From Anaeromyxobacter sp. (GTDB taxonomy: Bacteria; Myxococcota; Myxococcia; Myxococcales; Anaeromyxobacteraceae), in contig JASGJN010000007.1 of assembly GCA_049840735.1 (NCBI GenBank), forward strand, positions 32,001 through 96,000: a stretch of 64,000 bases of DNA. Reading direction: 5' to 3'. The position numbers and the translations under genes were made by a program. Shown here piece after piece: positions 40,345 to 57,231 of this stretch. Positions within the stretch are counted from its first letter, which is position 1, and each line of letters starts with the position of its first letter. The notes below the pieces were generated by a model. The model did not search any database. It was not told the origin of the DNA and worked only from the letters and a program-made list of their open reading frames with translations.

Positions 40345-43139
40345 GCGCGGGCGCGGACGAGGCGAGGTACCTGGTCGGCATCGACCTGGGGACGGTCAAC
40401 ACCGCGCTGGCGGCGGTGGACCTGGCGCGCGGCGGCGACCTGGCCGAGGCGGTCCAGGCGCTGGAGATCCCGCAGCTGGTGGCGCCGGGCGAGGTGGCGG
40501 CGCGGCGGCTGCTCCCGTCCAGCGCCTACCTGCCCGGCCCGGAGCTGCCGGCCGAGGCGCGGCGGCTCCCCTGGGGGGAGCCGGAGGTGGTGGTGGGCGA
40601 GCTGGCCCGCGAGCAGGGGGCCCGCGTCCCGGGCCGGCTGGTCAGCTCCGCCAAGAGCTGGCTGGCCAACCCGCGCGCCGATCGGACCGCGCCCATCCTG
40701 CCCTGGGGCGCGCCGGAGGAAATCCCGCGCCTCTCGCCGGTGGAGGCCTCGGCCCGCTACCTGGCCCACCTGCGCGACAGCTGGGACGCCGGCCACCCCG
40801 GCGCGCCGCTGGCACAGCAGGAGCTCGCGCTGGCGGTGCCGGCCTCCTTCGACGAGGTGGCCCGCGAGCTGACGCTGGAGGCGGCCCGCCAGGCCGGGCT
40901 CACCCGCGTCACGCTGCTGGAGGAGCCGGCGGCGGCGTTCCACGACTGGGCCAGCCGCCACCGCGCCGATCTGGCGGCGGCGCTGCACGGGCTGCCGGAC
41001 GGGGCCGAGGCGCCGGAGGCGCCGGTGCTGGTGCTGGTGGTGGACGTGGGCGGCGGCACCACCGACCTGACCCTGGTCCGGGCCGAGGTGAAGGCGGACC
41101 GGCCGCGCTTCACGCGCCTGGCGGTGGGCGACCACCTGCTGCTGGGCGGCGACAACATGGACCTGGCCCTGGCGCGCGCGGTCGAGGCCCGGCGCGGGGA
41201 GAAGCTGGACGCGGCCCGCTTCGGCGCGCTGGTCCAGGCCTGCCGCCTGGCCAAGGAGCGGCTGCTGGCGGACGGCGGGCCGGAGCGGCTGCCGGTGGCG
41301 GTGGTGGGGCGGGGGAGCCGGCTGCTCGCCAGCGCCGTCTCGGCCGAGGTGACGCGCGAGGAGGTCCGGACGCTGGTGCGGGACGGCTTCTTCCCGGTGG
41401 TGGCGCCGGAGGAGCGGCCGCGCCGCGGCGCCCGCACCGCCGCGCTGGCCGAGCTGGGGCTGCCCTACGAGGCCGATCCGGCCATCACCCGCCACGTGGC
41501 GGCCTTCCTGGCCGCCCACGCGGCCGAGGCGGGGGCGCAGGCCGGCGGGCTGGCGCGGCCGGACGCGGTGCTGGTCAACGGCGGCGTGTTCACGCCGCGC
41601 GAGCTGCGCGAGCGGCTCGTCGAGGTGGTCTCGGCGCTCTTCCCTGGGCGCCCCCCGGTGCGCCTCCTGGCCAGCCCGGCGCTGGACCTGGCGGTGGCGC
41701 GCGGGGCGGTCTTCTCGGCGCTGGTGCGGCGCGGCATCGGCCTGCGCATCGGCGGCGGCTCGGCCCGCGCCTTCTACGTGGGCATCGCCACGCCGGAGGG
41801 GGAGCGGGCGCTGTGCGTGGTGCCGCGCCACCAGGAGGAGGGGAGCCGCATCGAGGTGCCGCGCCCCTTCACGCTGGCGCTGGGACGCCCGGTGAAGTTC
41901 CCCCTCTTCGCCTCGGTGCGCGGGCGGCTGGAGCAGCCCGGCGACGTGATCCCGCCCGGCGAGGAGCTCCTGTCCCTGCCGCCGCTGGAGACGGTGCTGC
42001 GCGGCCAGGCCGGCGCGCAGGCGGCGGAGGTGCCGGTCCGGCTGGAGGCGGCGCTGACCGGGATCGGCACGCTCGAGCTCTGGTGCGTGGCCACCGATCG
42101 CGACGCGCGCTGGAGGCTGGAGTTCGGGCTGCGGGGCGGGGCGCGCGGCGAGGCGGCGCCCACCGAGGTGGCGCAGGCGCCGCGGCGGCTGGAGGAGGCC
42201 CACGCGCAGGTGGAGCTCTTCTTCGGCAAGAAGGCGGCGGTGGAGAGGAAGGAGGTCAAGGGGCTCTCCCGCGCGCTGGAGAAGGTGCTGGGGCCGCGCG
42301 AGGGCTGGTCCACGCCGGTGGTGCGCGATCTGTGGGGCGCGCTCCACGCCGGGCGGAGCCGCCGGCGCCGCAGCGCCAATCACGAGCGGGTCTGGCTCCA
42401 GCTCACCGGCTACTGCCTGCGCCCCGGCTTCGGGGCGCCGCTGGACGGCTGGCGCGCCGCCGAGACCTGGGCGCTGTTCGGCGAGGGGCTGCAGTTCCAG
42501 GCCGACCCGCGGGCCTGGGCCGCCTGGTGGGTGATGTGGCGGCGCATCGCCGGCGGGCTGGAGGCGGCGGCGCAGGCGCGGCTGCTCGAGGTGGTGGCCC
42601 CGTTCCTGCGCCCCCGGGATCCGCGCAGGCCGCCGCCCAAGGTGGCCGGGGTGAAGCCGGAGGCGGTGGACGAGATGATCCGCCTGGCCGGCAGCCTGGA
42701 GCGGCTCGAGCCGGCGCGGAAGGCCGAGGTGGGGGAGTGGCTCCTGGCGCGGCTGGAGGCGGACGGGCCCGCGGCCCACCTGCTCTGGGCGCTGGGGCGG
42801 CTGGGCGCGCGCGTGCCCTTCCACGGCAGCGCGCACCAGGTGGTGCCGCCGGCGGTGGCCGAGGGCTGGATCGAGCGGCTGCTGGCCGGGGGCGCGCCGC
42901 CGGCCGAGCTGGCCTTCCCGCTGGCGCAGCTGGCGCGCCGCAGCGGCGACCGGGCCCGCGACGTGGGGGAGCCGGCGCGGGTGCGGGTGCTGGACGCGCT
43001 CGCGCGGGCGCGTACGCCGGAGGCGCTGCTGACCCCGGTGCGGGAGGTGGCGGAGGCCAGCTCCGACGCGGAGCAGCGCATCTTCGGCGAGAGCCTTCCC
43101 GCGGGGTTGCGCCTGGTCGAGGATGTCAAGGGCACGTGA
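40341..43139 (+). CDS. Atypical Hsp70-family protein with C-terminal DUF3731-like domain
   Basis: GIDLGTVN, VPASF, LEEP, DVGGGTTD, GGDNMD; extension HERVWLQLTGYCLRPGFGAPLDGWR, WALGRLGARVPFHGSAH, FGESLPAGL. Confidence 0.9.
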
Positions 43140-43289
43140 ACCAATCCCCTCCCGTCGCCGGGCGGCCGATACGCTTCGCATCGCTTCGTTGCTCCTCCCT
43201 CACATACCCGCGGGGTATGCTCGGTCGTCGCGCCTCGCGCTGCTCGCGTCTCGACCGCCGGGCTCGGTCCGGGGATCGATTCACGCGCC
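43131..43289. mobile_element. MITE-like palindromic element (~159 bp)
   Basis: Ends GGCACGTGAACCAATCCCC / GGGGATCGATTCACGCGCC (16 of 19 complementary); central hairpin CATACCC-GCG-GGGTATG. Confidence 0.6.
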
Positions 43290-43365
43290 CTGGCCGGCGC
43301 GGCCCCGGCAGGGCGCCCGAAAACCTCTCCCACCCGCCGCGCGGAAGGTGCTGAGCGATCCGCCC

Positions 43366-44133
43366 GTGCCCGTCCACGCTGCCGCGGCAGAAGGGTTCCA
43401 GGCCGGCGCGGCCGCCTACGAGCGAGGCCGGCCCGGCTACCCCCCGGCGGCGCTGGAGCTGGTCCTCTCCGCGCTGGCGCTGATCCCCGGCGCGCCGCTG
43501 CTCGACCTGGGCGCCGGCACCGGCACCTTCTCCCGCCTGGCTGCCCAGCGCGGCGCACGCGTGCTGGCGGTGGAGCCGGTGGCCGCCATGCGCGCCCGGC
43601 TGGCCGGCATCCCGGGGGTGCAGGCCGTCGCCGCCACCGCCGAGCGGCTGCCGCTGCGCGACGCGAGCGTGGGCGGCGCTGCCGCGGCCACCGCCTTCCA
43701 CTGGTTCGACGGCCGGCGTGCGCTGGCCGAGCTGCACCGCGTGCTGCGGCCGGGGGCGCGGGTGGCGCTGCTCTGGAACCTGCGCGACGACGCGGTGGGG
43801 TGGATCCGCTCGCTCACCGCCCTGGTGGACGAGGCCGAGCGGCCCGGGGTGCCGCGCTACCGGACCGGCCGCTGGCGCGAGCCGTTCGGCGCCGAGCGCG
43901 CCCGCTTCCACCCGGTGGGCGAGGCCCGCTTCCGCCACGTGCACCTGCTCCCGCCCGAGGGCGTGGTGGACCGCATCGCCTCCATCAGCTTCATCGCCGC
44001 CATGGCCGCGGCCGCCCGGGAGCGGCTGCTGGAGCGGGTGCGGACGCTGCTGGCCTCGCACCCGGAGACCGCCGGGCGGGCCGAGCTGCCGCTCGCCTAC
44101 ACGACCGACGTGTTCCTCTGGGAGCGGCGCTAG
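43366..44133 (+). CDS. Class I SAM-dependent methyltransferase (start 43348 or 43366)
   Basis: YERGRPGYP, LDLGAGTG, AVEP, TAERLPL, AFHWFD, RVLRPG. Confidence 0.9.
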   Translation: MPVHAAAAEGFQAGAAAYERGRPGYPPAALELVLSALALIPGAPLLDLGAGTGTFSRLAAQRGARVLAVEPVAAMRARLAGIPGVQAVAATAERLPLRDASVGGAAAATAFHWFDGRRALAELHRVLRPGARVALLWNLRDDAVGWIRSLTALVDEAERPGVPRYRTGRWREPFGAERARFHPVGEARFRHVHLLPPEGVVDRIASISFIAAMAAAARERLLERVRTLLASHPETAGRAELPLAYTTDVFLWERR

Positions 44134-44135
44134 CG

Positions 44136-44276
44136 ATGGTCCGGATCAGCTGGCCCCTGGCGCTGCTCGTGGCGGTGGTGATTGCGCTGGTGGCGCGGCG
44201 GCCGCAGCTGCTGGTGCCGGTCCTGCTGGTGTTCGGCGCCTGGTACGCCTGGGAGCGGCTGCGGTCGCGGAGGTGA
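44136..44276 (+). CDS. 46-aa membrane protein
   Basis: ATG 3 nt after the methyltransferase stop; two short hydrophobic helices. Confidence 0.5.
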   Translation: MVRISWPLALLVAVVIALVARRPQLLVPVLLVFGAWYAWERLRSRR

Positions 44277-44411
44277 GGGCCGCCGGGCGGCGGAGCGGCG
44301 CCCCGGCCCCGCCTCGAGGACGGCGGCAGGCGCCCGCTGGGCGGCCCGTCGTGCGCGGCGGGGGCGGCGGCGCGCGCCCGGTGCGCATCTTGAGGGCCGG
44401 GAGGTGCGCAC

Positions 44412-45483
44412 ATGCGACTGCCAGGCAACGGCATGAGCTGGAAGGAGTTCCTCGGGGCGCTCAAGCAGGAGCTCGCCGACGACCAGGTCACCGACCTCGC
44501 CGCCGGGTGCACCTACTACGGCGTGCTGGCGCTCTTCCCGTTCCTGCTCTTCCTGGTGGCCCTGGCCAGCGTCATCATCACGCCGCAGCAGGCCGAGGAG
44601 CTGGTGCAGCAGCTCTCGCAGGTGGCGCCCGGTGAGGTGACGCAGCTGGTGGGGGCCCGCATCCGGCAGCTCGGCGAGCAGCAGGACGTCGGCCTCCTCA
44701 CCTTCGGCGCCGTGGCCGCGCTCTGGGCGGCCTCCGGCGCCACGCTGGCGGTGATGCGGGCGCTCAACACCACCTACGACGTCCAGGAGGGCCGGCCCTT
44801 CTGGAAGGTGCGCGGCATCGCCCTGCTCATGACGCTGGTCTCGGGCCTGCTGGCGCTGGCGGCCGCGCTGGTGGCGGTGGCGGCGGCCCCGCTGGCCGAC
44901 GCCATCGGCGGGCCGATCGGCACCGCCATCACCTGGCTGCGCCTGCCGCTGGCGGGCGTGATCGATGATGCTGCTCTGGGCGCTGCTCTACTACGTGCTG
45001 CCGGACGTGGAGCAGGACTTCAAGTTCATCACCCCCGGGTCGGTGGGCGGCGTGATCGTGTGGGTGATCGCCTCCTGGGCGTTCAGCTTCTACGTCTCCC
45101 ACTTCGGCAGCTACGACAGGACCTACGGCTCCATCGCCGGCGTCATCATCCTGCTCTTCTGGATGTGGATCTCGGCGCTGGTGATGCTGCTGGGGGCCGA
45201 GGTCAACTCCGTGATCGAGCACCGCTCGCCGGAGGGGAAGCGCGAGGGGGCCAAGTCGCTCGCCGACACCGGCACCACGCCGGCGGCGCTGGAGGGCGGC
45301 GGCGGTCCGATGACCCGCGCCGCGCGCCGGGCCGGGCAGCGGCGCGGCGGCGGCTGGGACGGCCAGGAGCGGCGGCTCCCGCCCCGGCGGGCCACCGACG
45401 GAAAGGGCGGCGCGGCGGGCGTGGCGGCGGTGGTGGCCGGGTTCGCGACCGGGTTCCTGCTCTTCAGGAAGGCGCGGGCCTGA
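44412..45483 (+). CDS. YihY/BrkB family membrane protein; apparent +1 frameshift at ~44964
   Basis: [35 protein letters not shown]; then [36 protein letters not shown]. Confidence 0.9.
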
Positions 45484-45856
45484 AGCCGGCGGGGCCCCCG
45501 CGCGGCTGCGCAGGGGCCCCGGGGACGACCACGGCGAGGGCTACGCGGCGCGGGCCGAGGCCGCGGCGCCGTCACCCTGGTACTGCGCGCTGCCGAAGCC
45601 GAGGATGGGGATGAAGATGAAGCCCAGGAACACGAGGCCGAGGCCGAAGCCGGCGCCCTTCCCGTAGGCCTTGGCGAACTCGATCGACACCAGGATCGCG
45701 ACCACGAAGCCGACGATCGGGATGAGCAGGAGGATGACCCACCAGATGGGGCTTCCTGGCGATCTCCGAGCATCACGATCAGGTTGTAGATCGGGACGAT
45801 GGCGGCCCAGCCCGGCTTGCCGGCCTTCGCGAAGGCCTTCCACAGGCCCGCGAACA

Positions 45857-51575
<5,719 letters not shown>

Positions 51576-51753
51576 GGCTCTCCCCTCGGGGTGTCCGCGC
51601 CACGCTGGTGGCCGGGGGTGCGGATCGCCAGGACCCTGGCAGGCAAGCTGGCGAGATCAGGACTGTGGGTGCGAGGAGGATGGCGCACGATCGGGTCCTT
51701 CAGGATCGTGGCCGTCGCCCCTATCTGTCCGGGGCGCACCTGCTGGGCGCCGC

Positions 51754-53892
51754 ATGGAACGATCCCAACCCGTCCGAATCCTCCTCGTCGACGACACCCA
51801 GGCGAACCTGGTGGCGCTCGACTCCGTGCTGGCCGGCCCGGAGTACGAGCTGATCCACGCCAGCTCCGGCGCGCAGGCGCTCCGCTACCTCATGAGCAGC
51901 GACTGCGCGCTGATCCTGATGGACGTCCAGATGCCCGACCTGGACGGCTACGAGACGGCGCGGCTGATCCGGCAGAACGCCCGCACCCGCGGCATCCCCA
52001 TCGTCTTCCTCACCGCCTACGGCGTGGAGGACCACCACGTCCAGCGCGGCTACGCCAGCGGGGCCATCGACTACCTGTTCAAGCCCTACGACCCGGCCGT
52101 GCTCCGCGCCAAGGTGGCCGCCTTCGCGAACCTGCACCGGCTGCAGCAGCAGCTGGTGGCCCGCGAGGCGCAGCTCCGCGAGGCCCAGCGCAGCGTGCAC
52201 GCCCATGCCCTGGCCCAGCTGGAGCTGCGCAACCTGCGGCGCCAGGAGGCCGGCCAGCGGCGCTACCGCGCGCTGGTGGACGGGGTGACGCACGCGGTGG
52301 TCTGGACCGCCGACCCGGTCACCCACACCCCGACCTTCGCCAGCCCCAGCGTGGCCGCCATCCTGGGCCAGGAAGCGGAGGCCTGGGTGGCGGACCCCAC
52401 GCCGTTCCCGGAGCGCGTCCACCCGGCCGATCGCGCCTCGGTGCGGGGCGCGCTGGCGGCGCTGGTGGTGGGCCAGCCGGCGCAGCGGCTGCAGCACCGG
52501 ATGGCCAGCGCCGCCGGCCAGGACCGGTGGTTCGACACCGCGCTCTGGCTCCAGTCGAACGAGGACGGGGAGGGGCTGCAGATCCACGGCTTCTCGGTGG
52601 ACCTGACCGAGCCGCTGCGCGCCCGCGAGGTGCTGGCCTTCCTGGCGGCGGCCGGCGACGCCCTGGCGCGCTCGCTCGACTGCGCCGCCACGGCCGAGGC
52701 GGTGGCGCGGCTGGCGGTGCCGGAGCTGGCGGACTGGTGCGTGGTGGAGGTCCCGGCCGAGCTGGCCGGGGAGCGGATCCTGGGCGTGGCGCACGCCGAC
52801 GGCGCGCTGGAGGCGGCGGCGCGCGCGCTGGCGGCGCGCCCGGGGCTTGCGGCGCTCGGCCCCTGCAGCTCCCCCCGGGTGCTGCAGGGGCTCTCGCGGG
52901 CGCTGCCGCGGCTCGACCCGGGCGCCGCCGGGCTGGTGGACGTCCTGGGCCCGGCGGCGGTGCTGGAGCTGCCGCTCCGCTCGCGCGGCCGGCTGGTGGG
53001 CGTGCTGCGGCTGTTCGGCGGGCCGGCCTGGCCGGTCCCGGGCGAGGGCGAGCGCGGCCTGGCCGACGAGCTGGCCCACCGCGCCGCCCAGGCCATCGAC
53101 AACGCGCTGCTCTACCGCGAGGCGCGCGAGGCCATCCGGCTGCGCGAGGACTTCCTCTCCATCGCCTCCCACGAGCTGCGCACGCCGCTCTCGGCCCTGA
53201 CCCTGCAGCTCCGGCTGCTGGAGCGGTTCGCCGGCGAGGGCGAGGGCCACCTGCGCCGGCGGGTGCAGTCCAGCCTGCGCCAGGTGGATCGGCTGGCCAC
53301 GCTGGTCCACTCGCTGCTGGACCTGGCGCGCATCCGGAGCGGCCGGCTGGAGCTGCAGCGCGAGCCGTTCGACCTGGCCGATCTGGTGCGGGAGGTGGCG
53401 GCGCGCTTCGACGAGCCGCTGGCGGCGGACGGGCGCCGCCTGGAGGTGGTGGTGTCGGGGCCCGCGCCGGGGCGGTGGGATCGCTCCCGGCTGGACCAGG
53501 TGCTCACCAACCTGCTCTCGAACGCCGCCAAGTACGGCGGCGACGGCGCCATCCGGCTCGCGCTGCTGGTGGACGGGGAGCAGGCCACGGTGGCCGTCAG
53601 CGACCAGGGCCCCGGCATCGCGCCGGAGGAGCTGGAGCGGCTCTTCGGGCGGTTCGTGCAGGGCGCGGGCGCGAGCGGCAAGGGCGGGCTGGGGCTGGGG
53701 CTCTTCATCGCGCGGAGCATCGTGGAGGCGCACGGCGGCCGCATCAGCGCGGAGAGCCGCCCGGGCCACGGGACCACCTTCACGCTGGAGCTGCCGGCGG
53801 AGGCGGGCGCGGAGCGCGCCGCCGGGCCGACCCCGGCCGCGGCGCCGGACCGGCCGCTGGACGAGGCCGAGGGCAGCGCCACGCTGCAGTGA
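51754..53892 (+). CDS. Hybrid sensor kinase: REC, PAS, GAF, HisKA, HATPase
   Basis: [66 protein letters not shown]. Confidence 0.93.
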   Translation: MERSQPVRILLVDDTQANLVALDSVLAGPEYELIHASSGAQALRYLMSSDCALILMDVQMPDLDGYETARLIRQNARTRGIPIVFLTAYGVEDHHVQRGYASGAIDYLFKPYDPAVLRAKVAAFANLHRLQQQLVAREAQLREAQRSVHAHALAQLELRNLRRQEAGQRRYRALVDGVTHAVVWTADPVTHTPTFASPSVAAILGQEAEAWVADPTPFPERVHPADRASVRGALAALVVGQPAQRLQHRMASAAGQDRWFDTALWLQSNEDGEGLQIHGFSVDLTEPLRAREVLAFLAAAGDALARSLDCAATAEAVARLAVPELADWCVVEVPAELAGERILGVAHADGALEAAARALAARPGLAALGPCSSPRVLQGLSRALPRLDPGAAGLVDVLGPAAVLELPLRSRGRLVGVLRLFGGPAWPVPGEGERGLADELAHRAAQAIDNALLYREAREAIRLREDFLSIASHELRTPLSALTLQLRLLERFAGEGEGHLRRRVQSSLRQVDRLATLVHSLLDLARIRSGRLELQREPFDLADLVREVAARFDEPLAADGRRLEVVVSGPAPGRWDRSRLDQVLTNLLSNAAKYGGDGAIRLALLVDGEQATVAVSDQGPGIAPEELERLFGRFVQGAGASGKGGLGLGLFIARSIVEAHGGRISAESRPGHGTTFTLELPAEAGAERAAGPTPAAAPDRPLDEAEGSATLQ

Positions 53893-53898
53893 GGCCGC

Positions 53899-54639
53899 TC
53901 AGAAGCGGAACTGCACCCCGGCGCCGAACTGGTGGATGAGCGCGAAGTTGTAGACCTCGGCGTTGTCGGCGCCGCCCTCCAGCACCCGGTAGAAGAGCCG
54001 GAGGTCGAAGTCGCCGCTCTGCGCCGCCAGGCCGGCCGCCACGTCCTCGGCGCGCCCTTGCGGCGCCGCCAGCGCGTCGCCGTCCGCGAACAGCGAGACG
54101 GGCCCGGCGAAGCGCCAGGCGAAGCGGAAGGAGGCCAGCGGCACCACGCCCACGTTGCTCTTGGAGGCCCTGAGCCCGTCCTGGTCGAGCGCGATCTCGG
54201 CGTCGCGGAGCAGGGCGGTTGCGCCGAGCGCCAGCTCCACCCGCTCGCTCCGGACCAGCGCGTAGCGGTAGGTGAGCCGGTAGGTGTCGAAGCGGTAGCG
54301 GGCCTTGACGGCGGCGCCGGCGCGGAAGGTCTCGCCGGCGAAGTCGATGGCCTGCGAGGGCGTGCCGTTGGCCTCGATGCGGAGCGGCTGCCACACCGCC
54401 GCGAGGGTGTGGCGCCCCAGCTGCACGCCGCCGCGGACGCGCACGTAGGGTGCGGCCGCGCTGCTGAAGTCGCCGTCGGTGAGCGAGACGAGCGTGCCGC
54501 CTTCGCCGGGGATCCGGACGTCGTTCCGGCCGGAGAGGGCCACGCCGGTCTCGAGGTCGATGAAGGGCACGGTGGCCGCGCCGGCGGCGGCGGGGAGGGC
54601 GAGGCCGAGGGCCAGGAGGGCGGTCGGGAGGGGGCGCAC
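53899..54639 (-). CDS. Exported hypothetical protein, probable outer-membrane beta-barrel
   Basis: Signal peptide; amphipathic strands YRFDTYRLTYRY; terminal GVQFRF. Confidence 0.75.
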   Translation of the reverse strand: MRPLPTALLALGLALPAAAGAATVPFIDLETGVALSGRNDVRIPGEGGTLVSLTDGDFSSAAAPYVRVRGGVQLGRHTLAAVWQPLRIEANGTPSQAIDFAGETFRAGAAVKARYRFDTYRLTYRYALVRSERVELALGATALLRDAEIALDQDGLRASKSNVGVVPLASFRFAWRFAGPVSLFADGDALAAPQGRAEDVAAGLAAQSGDFDLRLFYRVLEGGADNAEVYNFALIHQFGAGVQFRF

Positions 54640-54721
54640 GGGAGGACTCTGCCGCGGGCCGGGCCCGGGCGCGAGCAGAAATGGTGCTGCGGAGCGCCGC
54701 GGCCCCGCCTACGCTCCGGAC

Positions 54722-55679
54722 ATGGCCCGCACCACCATCCGCCTCGGCGTCTCCGCCTGCCTCATCGGCCAGAAGGTCCGCTTCGACGGCCAGCACAAGC
54801 AGGACGCCTTCCTGGTGGACGCCCTGGCCCCCTTCGTGGAGTGGGTCCCGGTCTGCCCGGAGCTGGAGGTGGGGATGGGCGTGCCCCGCGAGGCCCATCC
54901 GGCTGGTGGGCGCGCCGGGCGCTCCGCGGCTTTTGGCGGAGCGGAGCGGCCAGGACCACACCGCGGCCATGCGCGCCTACGCCGAGCGGCGCGTGGCGCA
55001 GCTGGAGGGAGAGGACCTGGCCGGCTACGTCACCAAGAAGGACTCGCCGTCCTGCGGCATGGAGCGGGTGCGGGTCCACGGCGCCAAGGGCTCCCCCCCG
55101 GTGCGGCAGGGGATCGGCGCCTTCGCGCGGGTGCTGATGGCGCGGCTGCCGCTCCTGCCGGTCGAGGAGGAGGGGCGGCTCGACGATCCGGCGCTGCGGG
55201 AGAGCTTCATCGAGCGCATCTTCGCCTACACGCGCTGGAAGCGGGCCGTGGCGGAGGGGATGACGCGCGGCGCGCTGGTGGCCTTCCACACCGCCCACAA
55301 GCTGACCGTGCTGGCCCACAGCCCCGCCGCCTACCGGAGGCTGGGCGCGCTGGTGGGCGGGCTCAGGAAGGGCTCCATCCGGCGCGAGGTGGAGGCCTAC
55401 GGCGAGGGCTTCATGGCGGCGCTGAAGGTCCCGGCCACCCGCGGCCGGCACACCAACGTGCTGCAGCACATGGCCGGCTACTTCCGCGAGGTGCTGCCGC
55501 CGGAGGACCGCGAGGAGCTGGAGGGGCTGGTGGAGGACTACGCGCGCGGGCTGGTGCCGCTGGTGGTGCCGCTGACGCTCTTCCGCCACCACGTGCGCCG
55601 GCACGGCGTAGGTTACCTCGCCGGCCAGGTCTACCTGGATCCGGATCCCAAGGAGCTCATGCTCCGGAACCGGGTGTAG
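54722..55679 (+). CDS. DUF523 (TudS-like Fe-S desulfidase) + DUF1722/YbgA fusion, RudS-like; apparent frameshift at ~54895
   Basis: GVSACLIGQKVRFDG, PVCPE, KKDSPSCG, PVEEEGRL, FHTAHK, NVLQHMAGYF, YLAGQVYL. Confidence 0.88.
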
Positions 55680-55681
55680 CC

Positions 55682-57193
55682 GTGGCCGTCCCCGCCGAGC
55701 GGATCCGCGTCCTGAACGGCGCGCCGGTGCGCGCCGACCGGGCGCTGGTGGTCTACTGGATGACCTGCAACCGCCGCCTGCGCTCCAACCCGGCGCTGGA
55801 GCGGGCGGTGGCGCTGGCGCGCGAGCTGGGCAAGCCGGTGCTGATCCACGAGCCGGTGCGCCTCGGCTACCCGTACGCCAGCGACCGCCTCCACGCCTTC
55901 CTGCTGGAGGGGATGGCCGCCACGGCGCGCGCGCTGGAGGGGCGGGCGCTCCACTTCCCCTGGGTGGAGCGGCGCGCCGGCGAGGGGGCGGGGCTGCTCG
56001 AGGCCCTGGCGGCCCACGCCTGCGCGGTGATCACCGACGACTACCCCACCTTCTTCGTGCCGGAGGTGCTGGCCGCCGCAGCGCAGCGGCTCGACGTCCG
56101 GCTGGAGGCGGTGGACGGCAGCTGCCTGGTGCCGTTCCGGCTGGCCGGGCGCGACTTCCCCACCGCCTACGCCTACCGGCGCTGGCTGCAGGGCGTCCTG
56201 CCGGAGTGGCTGGGGCGGCTCCCGGCGCAGCAGCCGCTCTCGCGGGCGCCGCCGCCGGGCCGCGTGCGCCTGCCGGCCGAGGTGGTGGCGCGGTGGGCGC
56301 CGGCCACGGCGGCGGAGCTCGCCGCCCCGCTGCAGCTCGTGCCGTCGCTGCCGGTGGACCACGCCGTCCCGCCCTCGCGCACGCTGCGGGGCGGCTCGGC
56401 CGAGGGCGAGGCGCGGCTGGCCGCGTTCGTCTCCGCGCGGCTGGCGCGCTACGGCGAGGACCGGAACGACCCCGACGCCGGCGGGGCCAGCGGCCTCTCG
56501 CCCTGGCTCCACTTCGGCCAGGTGGGCACCTTCGACGTGGTCCGCGCCGTGCTGCGGGCGGAGCGCTGGAGCGCCGAGCGGCTCACGCCGGTCCGCGGCG
56601 CGCGCCACGGGTTCTGGGGCCTGTCCGAGGCGGCGGAGGGGTTCCTCGACCAGCTCGTCACCTGGCGCGAGCTGGGCTTCGTGACCTGTGCCCACCGGCC
56701 GGATCACCGCCAGTACGGCTCGCTGCCGCCCTGGGCACGCGCCACCCTGGCCGCCCACGCCGCCGATCCGCGCCCGGCCCTCTACGACGACGCGACGCTG
56801 GCGGCGGGGCGCACCGGCGACCGGATCTGGAACGCGGCCCAGCGCCAGCTGCGCGAGGAGGGGGTGATCCAGGGCTACCTGCGCATGCTCTGGGGCAAGA
56901 AGCTCCTGGAGTGGTCGCGCACGCCGGAGCAGGCGCTGGAGCGGATGCTGGAGCTGAACGACCGGTGGGCGCTGGACGGGCGCGACCCGAACTCGGTCAC
57001 CGGCATCTTCTGGTGCCTGGGGCGCTACGACCGGCCCTGGGGGCCGGAGCGGCCCATCTTCGGCACGGTGCGCTACATGTCCTCGGAGAACACCCGGCGG
57101 AAGCTGAAGCTGGGCGCGTACCTGGACCGGTATGCGCCGGACCCTGGACGGGCGCCGGAGCAGGGGTCGCTGTTCCGGGCGCCGGCGCGCTGA
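55682..57193 (+). CDS. phr: Deoxyribodipyrimidine photolyase, class II type
   Basis: VVYWM, SGLSPWLHFGQ, WRELG, GYLRMLWGKKLLEW, DGRDPNS, DRPWGPERPIFGTVRYM. Confidence 0.92.
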   Translation: MAVPAERIRVLNGAPVRADRALVVYWMTCNRRLRSNPALERAVALARELGKPVLIHEPVRLGYPYASDRLHAFLLEGMAATARALEGRALHFPWVERRAGEGAGLLEALAAHACAVITDDYPTFFVPEVLAAAAQRLDVRLEAVDGSCLVPFRLAGRDFPTAYAYRRWLQGVLPEWLGRLPAQQPLSRAPPPGRVRLPAEVVARWAPATAAELAAPLQLVPSLPVDHAVPPSRTLRGGSAEGEARLAAFVSARLARYGEDRNDPDAGGASGLSPWLHFGQVGTFDVVRAVLRAERWSAERLTPVRGARHGFWGLSEAAEGFLDQLVTWRELGFVTCAHRPDHRQYGSLPPWARATLAAHAADPRPALYDDATLAAGRTGDRIWNAAQRQLREEGVIQGYLRMLWGKKLLEWSRTPEQALERMLELNDRWALDGRDPNSVTGIFWCLGRYDRPWGPERPIFGTVRYMSSENTRRKLKLGAYLDRYAPDPGRAPEQGSLFRAPAR

Positions 57194-57231
57194 ACGTTGC
57201 GCGGGCCGCCCGGCGGCGACAGGACTCCCGG

